Positions 49,668 through 61,415 of a DNA stretch of 64,000 bases are shown one piece after another. Position 1 is the stretch's first letter; the number at the start of each line of letters is the position of its first letter. The stretch spans positions 81,904,001-81,968,000 of the forward strand of contig NC_086097.1 of the NCBI RefSeq assembly GCF_963921235.1, written 5' to 3'. Origin of the DNA: Mobula hypostoma (taxonomy: Eukaryota). The position numbers and the translations under genes are program-made. The notes under the pieces are model-generated. The model had not been told where the DNA came from and did not search any database. It saw nothing but the letters and a program-made list of their open reading frames with translations.

Positions 49668-52317
49668 GTTTTGGCTATATCAAACTTGATGTTAAGCTAC
49701 TCAGATGTGTAGCCATTTTACTGAACATTGATATTACACTGACATTGAATGACAGACTCAATGTCTCTGGAGCTCTGGGACGGAAAATTTTTCTTGTGTT
49801 CTTCTTCAGACAGCCTGCTTGCTCTGACCCGCAGCTACTAAATTTTCAATGTCAGGATATATTTATTGCAACAAATTATTTTCCTCTAACAACTTGCTAT
49901 TTGGAATGTGATTTTGTGTTGTGGCTGCCTGATCAGTTGTTCCATCATCATCAGTATATTTGAGTACTAATTAAAAAGGGAGGAATCTAATTTTGACATA
50001 TTGCAGACAGCAATTTTAACACAAATGGTTGATACACAGAAAATGCTGACTCCCTATTTCTATGCTCAAATATCACCATAAATTTTTTTTTTTGTTCTAT
50101 GATGCCTTACCATTTTATTACGTACCGGAAGGCAAGTTTTTCCTTTAGTGAAGTTAATGAAGTTGACACTAATCGGTTAGGTCTCAGTATGGGAGCTTGC
50201 ATTCACAATGTTGTGACTCAGAAGCAAGATTATTGCCACTGAACAAAAACTGATATCTACAGCAATTCCACATGTGCAAAAATACCTTTGCAAGGCGAGG
50301 GTTGGATATGTCTGCATTTATTGGTTTTGCTGTTCTCTGCATTGCCTATGGAAGCTGTTTCTTCAACATGTCAATAACTTAGACAAACATTTCTAGCCTT
50401 GATTAAGTGCTCATAGCACAATGGGAATGGACTTGAATCCATTATCTTCTCACCCAGAGGAAAAGGTTAATACTGTCCTCAATAAATGCAGCCCAGATCA
50501 AGTCAACAGCCAGAATATAAATTGTAAAGATATGATAAATTTTCATTGAATGGGCTCTCACAGTTGTCTCCAACAAAGTCAATTTCCAGCAGTAAGAACT
50601 AAAGTATTGGTGGGATTTAATCTCAAATTGCACATATTAAACTTGATATAGATAAGGTTCATTCATTGTTCACGTTCAGGACATGTGAATTATGAATAAA
50701 CATGAATTAAGCTACAACACATGTTTTTAGTTGGCTTCAGATTACTACATAATGGTCAAAATTTACTGCTGTAACTTTATTCAGAATCTCATAAATCCAA
50801 TATAAAACATGGAAGTTATTTAATACTTAATTCACCACTGATTTTCAGATACAGTAGGACATAAAAATTAGCAGTTAACACAGCGGCAAATTCTCAATTT
50901 AAATAAATGAATCTGAAATTCAAGCATTTTTGACAACGCATCTATTCTGATGAATAATAGCTAATTTGTCTGGTGAGTGAGAATTTTCAACATTGTGGAA
51001 TTACGATGTTTTATTAATAAAAGAACCAAAGGGCCAATACGCATGATCCTAAACCCCACATACATTTTGAATCTTGCAAAATGACCATCTTACAGCTATC
51101 TTGATTTTGATTTCCAAATGATGCACATCCACCCTTCCAAACCTTCCAAGTTATTTCATTCAGAAGTCAGTCTTCTAACAGATTGTAATGAAGATTTTAC
51201 TAGATTATATCAGGTCAGCTCTGATGAAATCAATCTAAGTTCAATCTTGGAAATCAATAGCGAAAATCCCACTGGTCTGTATACAATCTGTTACCAGATT
51301 CAGCATGAACAGTATAATTAATAATCAACTTCATTTAATATTGTTTCAAATTACTCACCCTTACACTGCAGATTGAACCTTGGAACAATCTTGCAATTAA
51401 AACACACAGTCGTGCTCCATGTCACTCGTTTTGATGACAGCTTAATGCTAAGTAAAGGTTTATGTCACTCTACATTCATTTAAAAATGTCTTACATTTTC
51501 TGGCTTTAACATTGCTGCTTTGCTGATGCCAATAGGTAATCAGACCACTTCCGATCCTAGCCAATACCCTGTTACATTAATTAAAGTTTCAGCCTTCCCC
51601 TGATTTTGCTTTCTGTTTGTTGCATTCCTCAATCAAGAAGTTTCACCCTGCAAATATGTAAAGATAAAATCTTTCAACCACCAACCTATACCAATTTTGA
51701 TTGTTTTTATGAAGGGGCCAGAGTAGCTACATGAACAACTCCATTTACCTTCTATTCTTAAACTAAAACCTAACAATCTGCCTATATACTGTACATGCAC
51801 TTGTTTATAGACCAGATAACTCATTCCCGTCTTTCAAGAGGATGGTTAGTGGTTCATTCCTTCACAATCTGAGATCATTCTCACCTCCTCATTTTGATAT
51901 ATATATTAAAATATTCTTGGTGAGTCTTAAGGACAGCAGAGATTTTCTCGGCAGCAATGCTACATCAATTAAGATCAAAAGCAAACAGCAATCATTTTCA
52001 ATTCAAAGTAATAAAGAAACTAACATAAATATGGTCTTCATCAAACTCATGCCCAACAAATTATCCATTATTGTGGTAATGTGCTAACGAGGGGCAGAGA
52101 TGATTGGTTAATTTCTCTATCAATCAAGCTTGATACCCACACTGCTGTAACTAATTGACAATAATGTTATGGATTTAATTTACATATAACTATTTTCTAC
52201 TCTATCCAGTCTCTGGAGAAATTACTTTGCTTTACTTGGGGGGAAGTTACTATGGTTTCTGTTTCACCCAGTCTTTGAATAGATTCTGCTAATTAAGCTT
52301 ATTGACATGTTTAGTAA

Positions 52318-53441
52318 TTTCCACATGGTAGGCTTATTCAGAAAGTCAGAAGGCATGGGATCCAGGGAAGTTTGGCCAGGTGGATTCAGAATTGGCTTGC
52401 CTGCAGAAGACAGAGGGTCGTAGTGGAGGGAGTACATTCAGATTGGAGGGTTGTGACTAGTGGTGTCCCACAAGGATCTGATCTGGGACCTCTACTTTTC
52501 GTGATTTTTATTAACGACCTGGATATGGGGGTAGAAGGGTGGGTTGGCAAGTTTGCAGATGTCACAAAGGTTGGTGGTGTTGTAGATACTGTAGAGGATT
52601 GTCAAAGATTGCAGAGAGACATTGATAGGATGCAGAAGTGGGCTGAGAAGTGGCAGATGGAGTTCAACCCGGAGAAGTGTGAGGTGGTACACTTTGGAAG
52701 GACAAACTCCAAGGCAGAGTACAAAGTAAATGGCAGGATACTTGGTAGTGTGGAGGAGCAGAGGGATCTGGGGGTACATGTCCACAGATCCCTGAAAGTT
52801 ATCTCACAGGTGGATAGGGTAGTTAAGAAAGCTTATGGGGTGTTAGCTTTCATAAGCCGAGGGATAGAGTTTAAGAGTCGCGAAATAATGATGCAGCTCT
52901 ATAAAACTCTGGTTAGGCCACACTTGGAGTACTGTGTCCAGTTCCGTTCGCCTCACTATAGGAAGGATGTGGAAGCATTAGAAAGGATACAGGGGAGATT
53001 TACCAGGATGCTGCCTAGTTTAGAGAGTATGCATTATGATCAGAGATTAAGGGAGCTAGGGCTTTACTCTTTGGAAAGGAGGATGAGAGGAGACATGATA
53101 GAAGTGTACAAAATAATAAGAGGAATAGATAGAGTGGATAGCCAGCGCCTCTTCCCCAGGGCACCACTGCTCAATACAAGAGGACATGGCTTTAAGGTAA
53201 GGGGTGGGAAGTTCAAGGGGGATATTAGAGGAAGGTTTTTTACTCAGAGTGGTTGGTGCGTGGAATGCACTGCCTGAGTCAGTGGTGAAGGCAGATACAC
53301 TAATGAAGTTTAAGAGACTACTAGACAGGTATATGGAGGAATTTAAGGTGGGGGCTTATATGGGAGGCAGGGTTTGAGGGTCGGCACAACATTGTGGGCC
53401 GAAGGGCCTGTACTGTGCTGTACTATTCTATGTTCTATGTT
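52318..53441 (+). mobile_element. Young 5'-truncated CR1
   Basis: ORF 52372..53277 (SGVPQGS.LGPLLF..KFAD..RPHLEYCVQF); (TTCTATG)n tail. Confidence 0.93.
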
Positions 53442-53484
53442 TACCTGGCATGAAACAGCAAGTCAAACATTCCACCCAACTCTA

Positions 53485-54531
53485 GTAACACACATCAAAG
53501 TTGCTGATGAATGCAGCAGGCCGGGCAGCATCTCTAGGAAGAGGCAGAGTTGATGTTTTGAGCTGAGACCCTTCATCAGGACTAACTGAAAGAAGAGCTA
53601 GTAAGAGATTTGTAAGTGGGAGGGGGAGGGGGAGATCCAAAATGATAGGGAAAACCAGGAGGGGAGGGCTGGAGCCAAGAGCTGGACAGTTGATTGGCAA
53701 AAGGGATATGAGAGGATCATGGGACAGGAGGCCCAGGGAGAAAGACAAGGGGGAGGAGGGAAAAAGAACCCAGAGGATGGGCAAGGGGTATAGTGAGAGG
53801 GACAGAGGGAGAAAAAGGAGAGAGAGAAAAAGATATGTGTATATAAATAAATAACGGATGGGGTACGACGGGGAGATGGGGCATTAGCGGAAGTTTGAGA
53901 AGTCAATGTGCATGCCATCAGGTTGGAGGCTACCCAGACGGAATATAAGGTGTTGTTCTTCCAACCTGAGTGTGGCTTCATCTTTACAGTAGAGGAGGCC
54001 ATGGATAGACATATCAGAATGGGAATGTGCCGTGGAATTAAAATGTGTGGCCATTGGGAGATCCTGCTTTCTCTGGCAGACAGAGCGTAGGTGTTCAGTG
54101 AAATGATCTCCCAGTCTGCGTCGGGTCTCGCCAATATATAGAAGGCCACATCGTGAGCACCGGACGCAGTATATCACCTCAGCCGACTCACAGGTGAAGC
54201 GTCGCCTCACCTGGAAGGACTGTCTAGGGCCTTGAATGGTTTTGCCAATCAACTGTCCAGCCATCCTCTCATATCCCTTTTGCCAATCAACTGTCCAGCT
54301 CTTGGCTCCATCCCTCCCCCTCCTGTCTTCTCCTATCATTTTGGATATCCCCTCCCCCTCCCACTTTCAAATCTCTTACTAGCTCTTCTTTCAGTTAGTC
54401 CTGACGAAGGGTCTCAGCCCGAAACGTCGACTGTACCTCTTCCTAGAGATGCTGCCTGGTCTGCTGCGTTCACCAGCAACTTTGATGTGTGTTGCTTGAA
54501 TTTCCAGCATCTGCAGATTTCCTCGTGTTTG
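53485..54531. mobile_element. Penelope insertion with inverted halves (53485-54239 minus with GIY-YIG; 54241-54531 plus pLTR)
   Basis: VIYCVRCSRCGLLYIGET; TSD CCA(C/T)CCAACTCTA at 53472-53484 and 54532-54544. Confidence 0.9.
54397..54432 (+). ncRNA. Minimal hammerhead ribozyme (Penelope pLTR)
   Basis: Identical to 43117-43152; a mutated copy lies at 53548-53583 (-). Confidence 0.8.
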
Positions 54532-55253
54532 CCATCCAACTCTAACTCACTGACTGCTGGGGTGTTGTCAGTTTGTACTCTGTTAATACACAGGGCCATA
54601 GGTGAAGCAATGATATGGTGCAATACAGACAGATGCTGTTTCTGTAGTAACTTAATCCCACAATCTCTTTCAAATAAAAATGAGGTTCTGTCTACTTCTC
54701 TGTCATGCATTAATTAGCTTGCATTGCCTTCACTGAAGCATGCAACTCAGCAGGAGGTCTTTTGACCCCCATGCGTCAGGAAACATAGAAGAGTCTTGAC
54801 CCCAAAGCAGAGCAGGAGAAACAATATAACAGTGAGCGATAACTTTAATGAGAAACTGCAAAATAACAAGCCGCAAAGGGCCACCAAACACGAGAGAACA
54901 GATACTTAACACAACAAGGCAACTGAAGGCAAGGTGCAACTGGTTGAGTCTGACTGGTTCAATGAGAGAACAAAGATTCTTTTTCTCCTTTTGACTTTTA
55001 ATGGTGGTCGGCAGTCCAACGTTAAGGTGCATTACCACCAACAACTGGACTGTAGGTGGTGTACAGAATTGAGGGAAAACCCTTTCCTCTTCTCTTTTCA
55101 AGCCCTATAGATTTTAAATAGTGAAAGATGATACTGTGAATTAAAGTCCCTTCCATAACTTAAAGATTCAAAATTAAAACTATTTACTCCCAAAGATTGT
55201 AATGAAGCCTGCATTTGATTTCTTTCAACCTTATATGCTTCATACTGTAATAA

Positions 55254-55704
55254 TCATAGTCATAGTCATAGGCATAGTCATACTTCATTGATCCCGGGGG
55301 AAATTGGTTTTCGTTACAGTTGCACCATAAATAATAAATAGTAATAGAACCATAAATAGTTAAATAGTAATATGTAAGTTATGTCAGTAAATTATGAAAT
55401 AAGTTCAGGACCAGCCTATTGGCTCAGGGTGTCTGACCCTCCAAGGGAGGAGTTGTAAAGTTTGATGGCCACAGGCAGGAATGACTTCCTATGATGCTCT
55501 GTGTTGCATCTCAATGGAATGAGTCTCTGGCTGAATGTACTCCTGTGCCCACCCAGTACATTATGTAGTGGATGGGAGACATTGTTCGAGATGGCATGCA
55601 ACTTGGACAGCATCCTCTTTTCAGACACCACCGTGAGAGAGTCCAGTTCCATCCCCACAACATCACTGGCCTTATGAATGAGTTTGTTGATTCTGTTGGT
55701 GTCT
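55254..55704 (-). mobile_element. Rex1-type LINE 3' end (same family as 47294-48370)
   Basis: Near-identical DTNRINKLI..GGSDTLSQ and 3' UTR; (ACTATG)n tail. Confidence 0.9.
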
Positions 55705-55834
55705 AATAATATACAATGTTCAACTGTTTCATAATAATGACAAACCTGCAAAACCCAGGATGACGCAAATCAGAAGGTAAGCTGCAACAAGATACAAGGA
55801 GTAATTAAGTAATTAAGTAATTAAGTAATTATAC

Positions 55835-56627
55835 CAGGGGTCCCCAACCTTTTTTGCACCGTGGACCGGTTTAATATTGACAATATTCTTGCGGACCGGC
55901 CGACCTGGGGGGGGGGTGGGGTGGTGTTCAAGTAGGGTTAAACTCACCTCAACATGACTTTTACAGTTAGGGTTGCCAACTTTCTCACTCCCAAATAAGG
56001 GACAAAATTAGCAATCAAATCCTGGGACACTTGTGTTTACCCCGGGGAAGACTACCATGACCATGAAGCCTTGCGCAGGCACCTGTGTGCGTATGTGTGA
56101 CGTGCACATGTGCATACGTGCCGATTTTTTTTTCCACAAATCGGTTTTGTCTTCATCTTTCCAACTATACTGTACATACATTATTTCTACTTTATATAAT
56201 TGTGTATTTATCATATCATTCCTGCTTTTACTATATATTAGTGTTATTTTAGGTTTATGTGTTATTTGGTACGATTTGGTAGGTTATTTTTTAGGTCTGG
56301 GAACACTCAAAAATTTTTCCCATATAGGTTAATGGTAATTGCTTCTTTGCTTTACGCCATTTTGGCCCGAAAGGTTTCATAGGAACGCTCTACCTTAGCG
56401 GGGGAAATACGGGACGAGGGCGGTCCTGTATGGAACAAACAAATTTAGCCCAGTATACGGGACATCTCGGCAAATAAGGGACAGTTGGCAACCCTATCAT
56501 CAAGTTCAACAGTGCATGACAGGGAATGAGGAAAAGGTGCAGCTGACTCCTATCGTTTCCTTGCGGCCCGGTAGCACATGCTTTGCAGCCTGGTACCGGT
56601 CTGCAGCCCGGTGGTTGGGGACCACTG
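55835..56627. mobile_element. Composite hAT MITE, copy 2 (inverted relative to copy 1)
   Basis: TIRs CAGGGGTCCCCAACC / GGTTGGGGACCACTG; TSD AATTATAC/AAGTATAG (6/8). Confidence 0.9.
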
Positions 56628-56854
56628 AAGTATAGTATGCCCAATTCTAATTCATGTCAAAATAATTCCTTCCCTTCACATTTCTTACCCCCTTCTCCCA
56701 TAAACACAACAGTATTATGTATTCTGTAAAGGAGTCTCCCCTTATGCTCATTAACCCAGCAGTCTTGCAATAACCCCTAATTCTTAACCCTACCAACCCC
56801 TTAGCTTCAGATTTGCTGAGCCAAAGGTCCATATCTGCTGTTAAACTTTTAACA

Positions 56855-57002
56855 ACACACAGAAAAATTGCTGGTGAACACGGCAGGCCAGGCAGCATCT
56901 CTAGGAAGAGGTACAGTCGACGTTTCAGGCCGAGACTACCAGCAATTTTTATGTGTGTCTCCTGAAATTCCAGCATCTGCAGATTTTCTCGTGTTTGCGT
57001 TT
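56855..57002. mobile_element. Short fold-back Penelope pLTR insertion with deleted centre
   Basis: 14-bp TSD TTAAACTTTTAACA (56841-56854, 57003-57016); inverted pLTR pieces. Confidence 0.85.
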
Positions 57003-57561
57003 TTAAACTTTTAACAGCTTTTTTAGCTAAACAATCAACCCACTCTTTCTCCTCAACGTGCAGCGACCCATATGAAGAAAACATGTAAACTTATACTTTG
57101 TATATGAAATAAGGTTTGATGAAATTTCAACAGTACATCTGACCTACTGCTAGAATGACCTGTTTTAAGACTCATCAAAGCTGAAAAAGAATCTGAACAA
57201 GTTACAACTTTACCTGGACATATTTCCTCCACCCACTTATGTATCGATGAACAACAGACTCTCAGGCATAACAGAATCCTTAAGACTTTATTAAATCCTA
57301 TAACCTGAAATCAACTAAGGTCATCAGAAAAAAAACAAGGTGGAGTTAATGAGAAAGCTACATTAGGACATATTGCGTTAACCAACAAACCCATATTCCT
57401 AGTGTGATAAGAACCCAGACACCCAAAACTAAAAACACTCTTCTTATGATGTTCCCAGCAGTCCTCCAACACACCTTTAACAGAATGATCACTTCTTTGC
57501 ACCCTCAAATTAATCCAGTAGCTTAACATCAACTTCATCCTCCACAATTGTGAAGGTAATT

Positions 57562-60250
57562 TAGGGACCACGTTAGGGAACAGGAGATACAGCTCGATGA
57601 CCTTCGTCTGGTCAGGGAGAGTGAGGAGGTGATAGAGAGGAGCTATAGGCAGGTGGTCACTCCAGGGCCTCAGGAGACAGATAAGTGGGTAACAGTCAGG
57701 AGAGGGAAGGGCAGCAGTCAGAGGCTAGAGAGTACCCCAGTGGCTGCCCCTTAACAATAAGTACCCCTGTTTGAGTACTGTTTGGTGGGGGGCGGGGCGT
57801 GGATGGCCTACCTGGGGGAAGCAACAGTGGCTGTGCCTCTGGCACACAGTCTGGCCCTGTGGCTCAGAAGTGTAGGGAAAGGAAGAGGAAGGCAGCAGTG
57901 ATAGGCGACTCTATAGTTAGGGGGTCAGACAGGCGATTCTGTGGACGCAGGAAAGAAACACAGATGGTAGTTTGCCTCCCAGGTGCCAGGGTCCGGGATG
58001 TTTCTGATCATATCCACGATATCCTGAAGTGGGAAGGAGAACACCCAGAGGTCATGGTACATATTGGTACCAATGACATAGGCAGGAAAAGGGAGAATGT
58101 CCTGAAAACAGATTACAGGGAGTTAGGAAGGAAGTTGAGAAGCAGGACCTCAGATTACTGCCTGTGCCACGCGACAGTGAGTATAGGAATAGAATGAGGT
58201 GGAGGAAAAATGTGTGGCTGAGGAATTAGAGCAGAGGACAGGGATTCAGATTTCTGGATCACTGGGACCTCTTTTGGGGCAGGTGTGACCTGTACAAAAA
58301 GGACGAGTTGCACTTAAATTCCTGGGGGGAACAATATCCTGGTGGGGAGGTTTGCTAAGGCTTTTGGAGAGTGTTTAAACTAGAATTGCTGGGGGGTGCG
58401 AACCAAACTGAAGAGACTGGGAAGAGGAGGTTGGCTCACAAATAGAGAAAGCTTGAAGGCAGTGCAAGAGGGAGGATAGGCAGGTGATAGAGAAGGGACG
58501 CGCTCAGACCAATGGTTTAAGATGTGTCTATTTTAATGCAAGGAGTATGATGAACAAAGCGGATGAGGTTAGAGAGTGGATCAGTACTTGAAGCTATGAT
58601 GTTGTGGCCATTACAGAGACTTGGATGGCTCAGGGGCAGGATTGGTTACTTCAAATGCTAGGCTTTAGGTGTTTCAGAAAGGACAGGGAGGGAGGAAAAA
58701 GAGGTGGGTGCATGGCACTGTTGATCAGAGATAGTGTCACAGCTGCAGTAAAGAAGGAAATCATGGAGGGATTGTCTATGGAGTGTGTGTGGGTGGAAGT
58801 TAGGAACAGGAAGGGGTCAATAACTCCACTGGGTGCTTTTTATAGACCACCCAATAGCAACAGGGACATCGAGGGGGAGATGGGGAGACATATTCTGGAA
58901 ATGTGTAATAATAACAGGGTTGTTGTGGTGAGAGATTTTAATTTCCCAAATATCAATTGGCATCTCCTTAGAGCCATAGGGTTAGATGGGGTGAAGTTTG
59001 TTAAGTGTGTTCAGGAAGGTTTCTTTTTTCTTTTTCATTCATATTTTATAAATTACATGAATACAAATACAAAATGCATAAGGATACAAGTAAATAATAC
59101 GAATTCCATTACATTTAAATCACAGTATCCCATATTCCAAATCAATCATGTAGAAAAAAAAGATTGAATTATGAAATGAAATAAAATAAAATAATTGCAT
59201 TTTATTTTAAAAAAATCTACCCCCACTACCAAAATGAGCTGGTTGGTAAAAAAAAAAGAAAAATACCTTACCATATGATATTGTAATAATAATGGCTCAG
59301 ATCCGTACTTTAATAACAGTTCAAAGATTGTGAAAATAATTCAGAAAGGGTCCCCATAACATTAGAAATTCATGTTTAGAATCAGGATTTGAACAATGAA
59401 TCTTCTCTAGATCAAGGCACAACATAACGTCAGATACCCATTGAACATGAGTGGGCAGGGCGGCCTCCTTCCACTTGAGCAAGATCGTCCTCCTGGCCAT
59501 AAGAGACATAAAGGCCAATACCCGCAAATTAGATGGCTTCAATTTTGTAGAACTATCCTCAACAATACCAAACAAGGCAGTAAAAGAATGTGTGTTCAGG
59601 AAGGTTTCCTGACACAATATGTAGATAAGCCTACAAGAGGAGAGGCTGTACTTGATCTGGTATTGGGAAATGAACCTGGCCAGGTGTCAGATCTCTCACT
59701 GGGAGAGCATTTTGGAGATAGTGATCACAATTCTATCTCCTTTACCATAACATTGGAAAGGGAAAGGAACAGACAAGTTAGGAAAGCACATAATTGGAGT
59801 GAGGGGAGGTATGAAACTATCAGACAGAAACTTGGAAGCATAAATTGGAAACAGATGTTCTCAGGGAAACATACGGAAGAAATATGGCAAATGTTCAGGG
59901 GATATTTGCGTGGGGTTCTGCATAGGTATGTTCCAGTGAGACAAGGAAAGGATGGTGAGGTATAGGAACCATGGTGTACAAAGGTTGTTGTAAATCTAGT
60001 CAAGAAGAAAAGAAAAAGAAAAGAAAAAAAGAAAAAAAGAAAAGAAGTGGAATGGGCTGCCAGCGACGGTGGTGGAGGCGGATACAATAGGGTCTTTTAA
60101 GAGCCTCCTGGATAGGTACATGGGGCTTACGTTTGTAGAAAAATAGAGGACTATGGGTAACCCTAGGTAATTTCTAAGTTAAGGACATGTTTGGCACAGC
60201 TTTGTGGGCTGAAGGGCCTGTATTGTGCTGTTGGTTTTCTGTGTTTCTAT
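57562..60250 (+). mobile_element. CR1 (partial ORF1 esterase, APE; RT deleted), same family as 32983-37408
   Basis: IGDSIVRG..HIGTND; AITETW; jumps from ORF2 linker via (GAAAA)n at ~60010-60045 to the 3' end; direct repeat GTAATT at 57556-57561 and 60251-60256. Confidence 0.9.
59024..59589 (-). mobile_element. L1 3' fragment with 19-bp TSD
   Basis: ALFG..ARRTILLKWK..LEKI..WGPFLNY; A-rich tail; TSD GTGTGTTCAGGAAGGTTTC at 59005-59023 and 59590-59608. Confidence 0.9.
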
Positions 60251-60987
60251 GTAATTGTCTCATTTCAACCAGTAAAGCTGAAACAGTGGATGACCTTATT
60301 GCACAAAAGCACAATCTTAAAACCTGTGCTTGTACCATATCCAAACATTTTAAAGTTGACGATGAAGCTGATCCATAAATCATACAGCCGTAATCAAGAA
60401 CAGATCTAATTAAATAAATATAAATGGTCAACAGAGATTTCATGTAGCACCCCAAGAATACTCACACAGACACCTGCTCCTTTACATTTATAAATTATTT
60501 TACTGTTATGGTGCTTCCATGTCAGCTTAATATCCATCCACGTGCCTAGAAACCTTTCTACTGAAACTTCAGGAGTTTCACCATATAATTTCAAATCAAG
60601 AACAGGTCTATTAAACCTCTTTGTAAAACACATTACTTGAGTTTTAACTACTAAAAGCTTAAATCCTCATTATTTGCCCAATGTTCAGCCTTATTAATGG
60701 CTAAGTGCATCCTATACAGAGTAAAATTGAAATTTCTACCTCAAATCCATTAATTTCTATCGTCTGCATATATTGATTTACCACCACAGTACCTATCTTA
60801 GAGAAAGTATCATTAATCATAATATTAAATAATAAAGGTCTACAAACACTGCCTTGTTCAGTCCCATTTTCCATCTCAGAGAACAAGGATTGTGGATGAG
60901 AGTTGGTTTTAAATGTGCTACAGGTGATGAGTTAGAAATGAGTGTCAGCAGACTCCTATTAGCTGGATGGAGGCTGGGAGGAGTCTG

Positions 60988-61355
60988 CATAGAAAACCAA
61001 CAGCACAATACAGGCCCTTCGGCCCACAATGCTGTGCCGAACATGTACTTACTTTAGAAATTACCTAGGGTTACCCATAGCCCTCTATTTTTCTAAGCTC
61101 CATGTACCTATCCAGGAATCTCTTAAAAAACCCTATTGTATCTGCCTCCACCGCCATCGCCGGCAGCCCATTCCACGCACTCACCACTCTCTGCCTTAAA
61201 AAAAACTTACCCCTGACATCTCCCCTGTACCTTCCTCCAAGCACCTTAAAACTGTGCCCTCTCGTGTTAGCTATTACAGCCCTGGGAAAAGCCCCTGACT
61301 TTCCACATGATCAATGCCTCAGAAAAAGCATCTGACTATCCTTATGATCAATGCC
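60988..61355 (-). mobile_element. CR1 3' end
   Basis: 3' UTR near-identical in reverse complement to 60045-60250. Confidence 0.85.
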
Positions 61356-61415
61356 ACATAAAGAATTATTATAAAATTATTATTTTCCAGTAGAGACAGC
61401 ACGTGGTCCATTGCA

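Larger units (their letters stand above)
54976..60885 (-). mobile_element. Nimb/I-group LINE (RT, RNase H, CCHC, 3' UTR) fragmented by four insertions
   Basis: ENGTEQGSVCRPLLFNIMIND; LIRSVLDYGCMIYGSAS; RNase H VVTCSDSFSALMSL..VFFIWV..VDCLAKKA (57010-57240); VCHYYETVEHCIL; 3' UTR GGTGGTAATGCACC. Confidence 0.8.
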
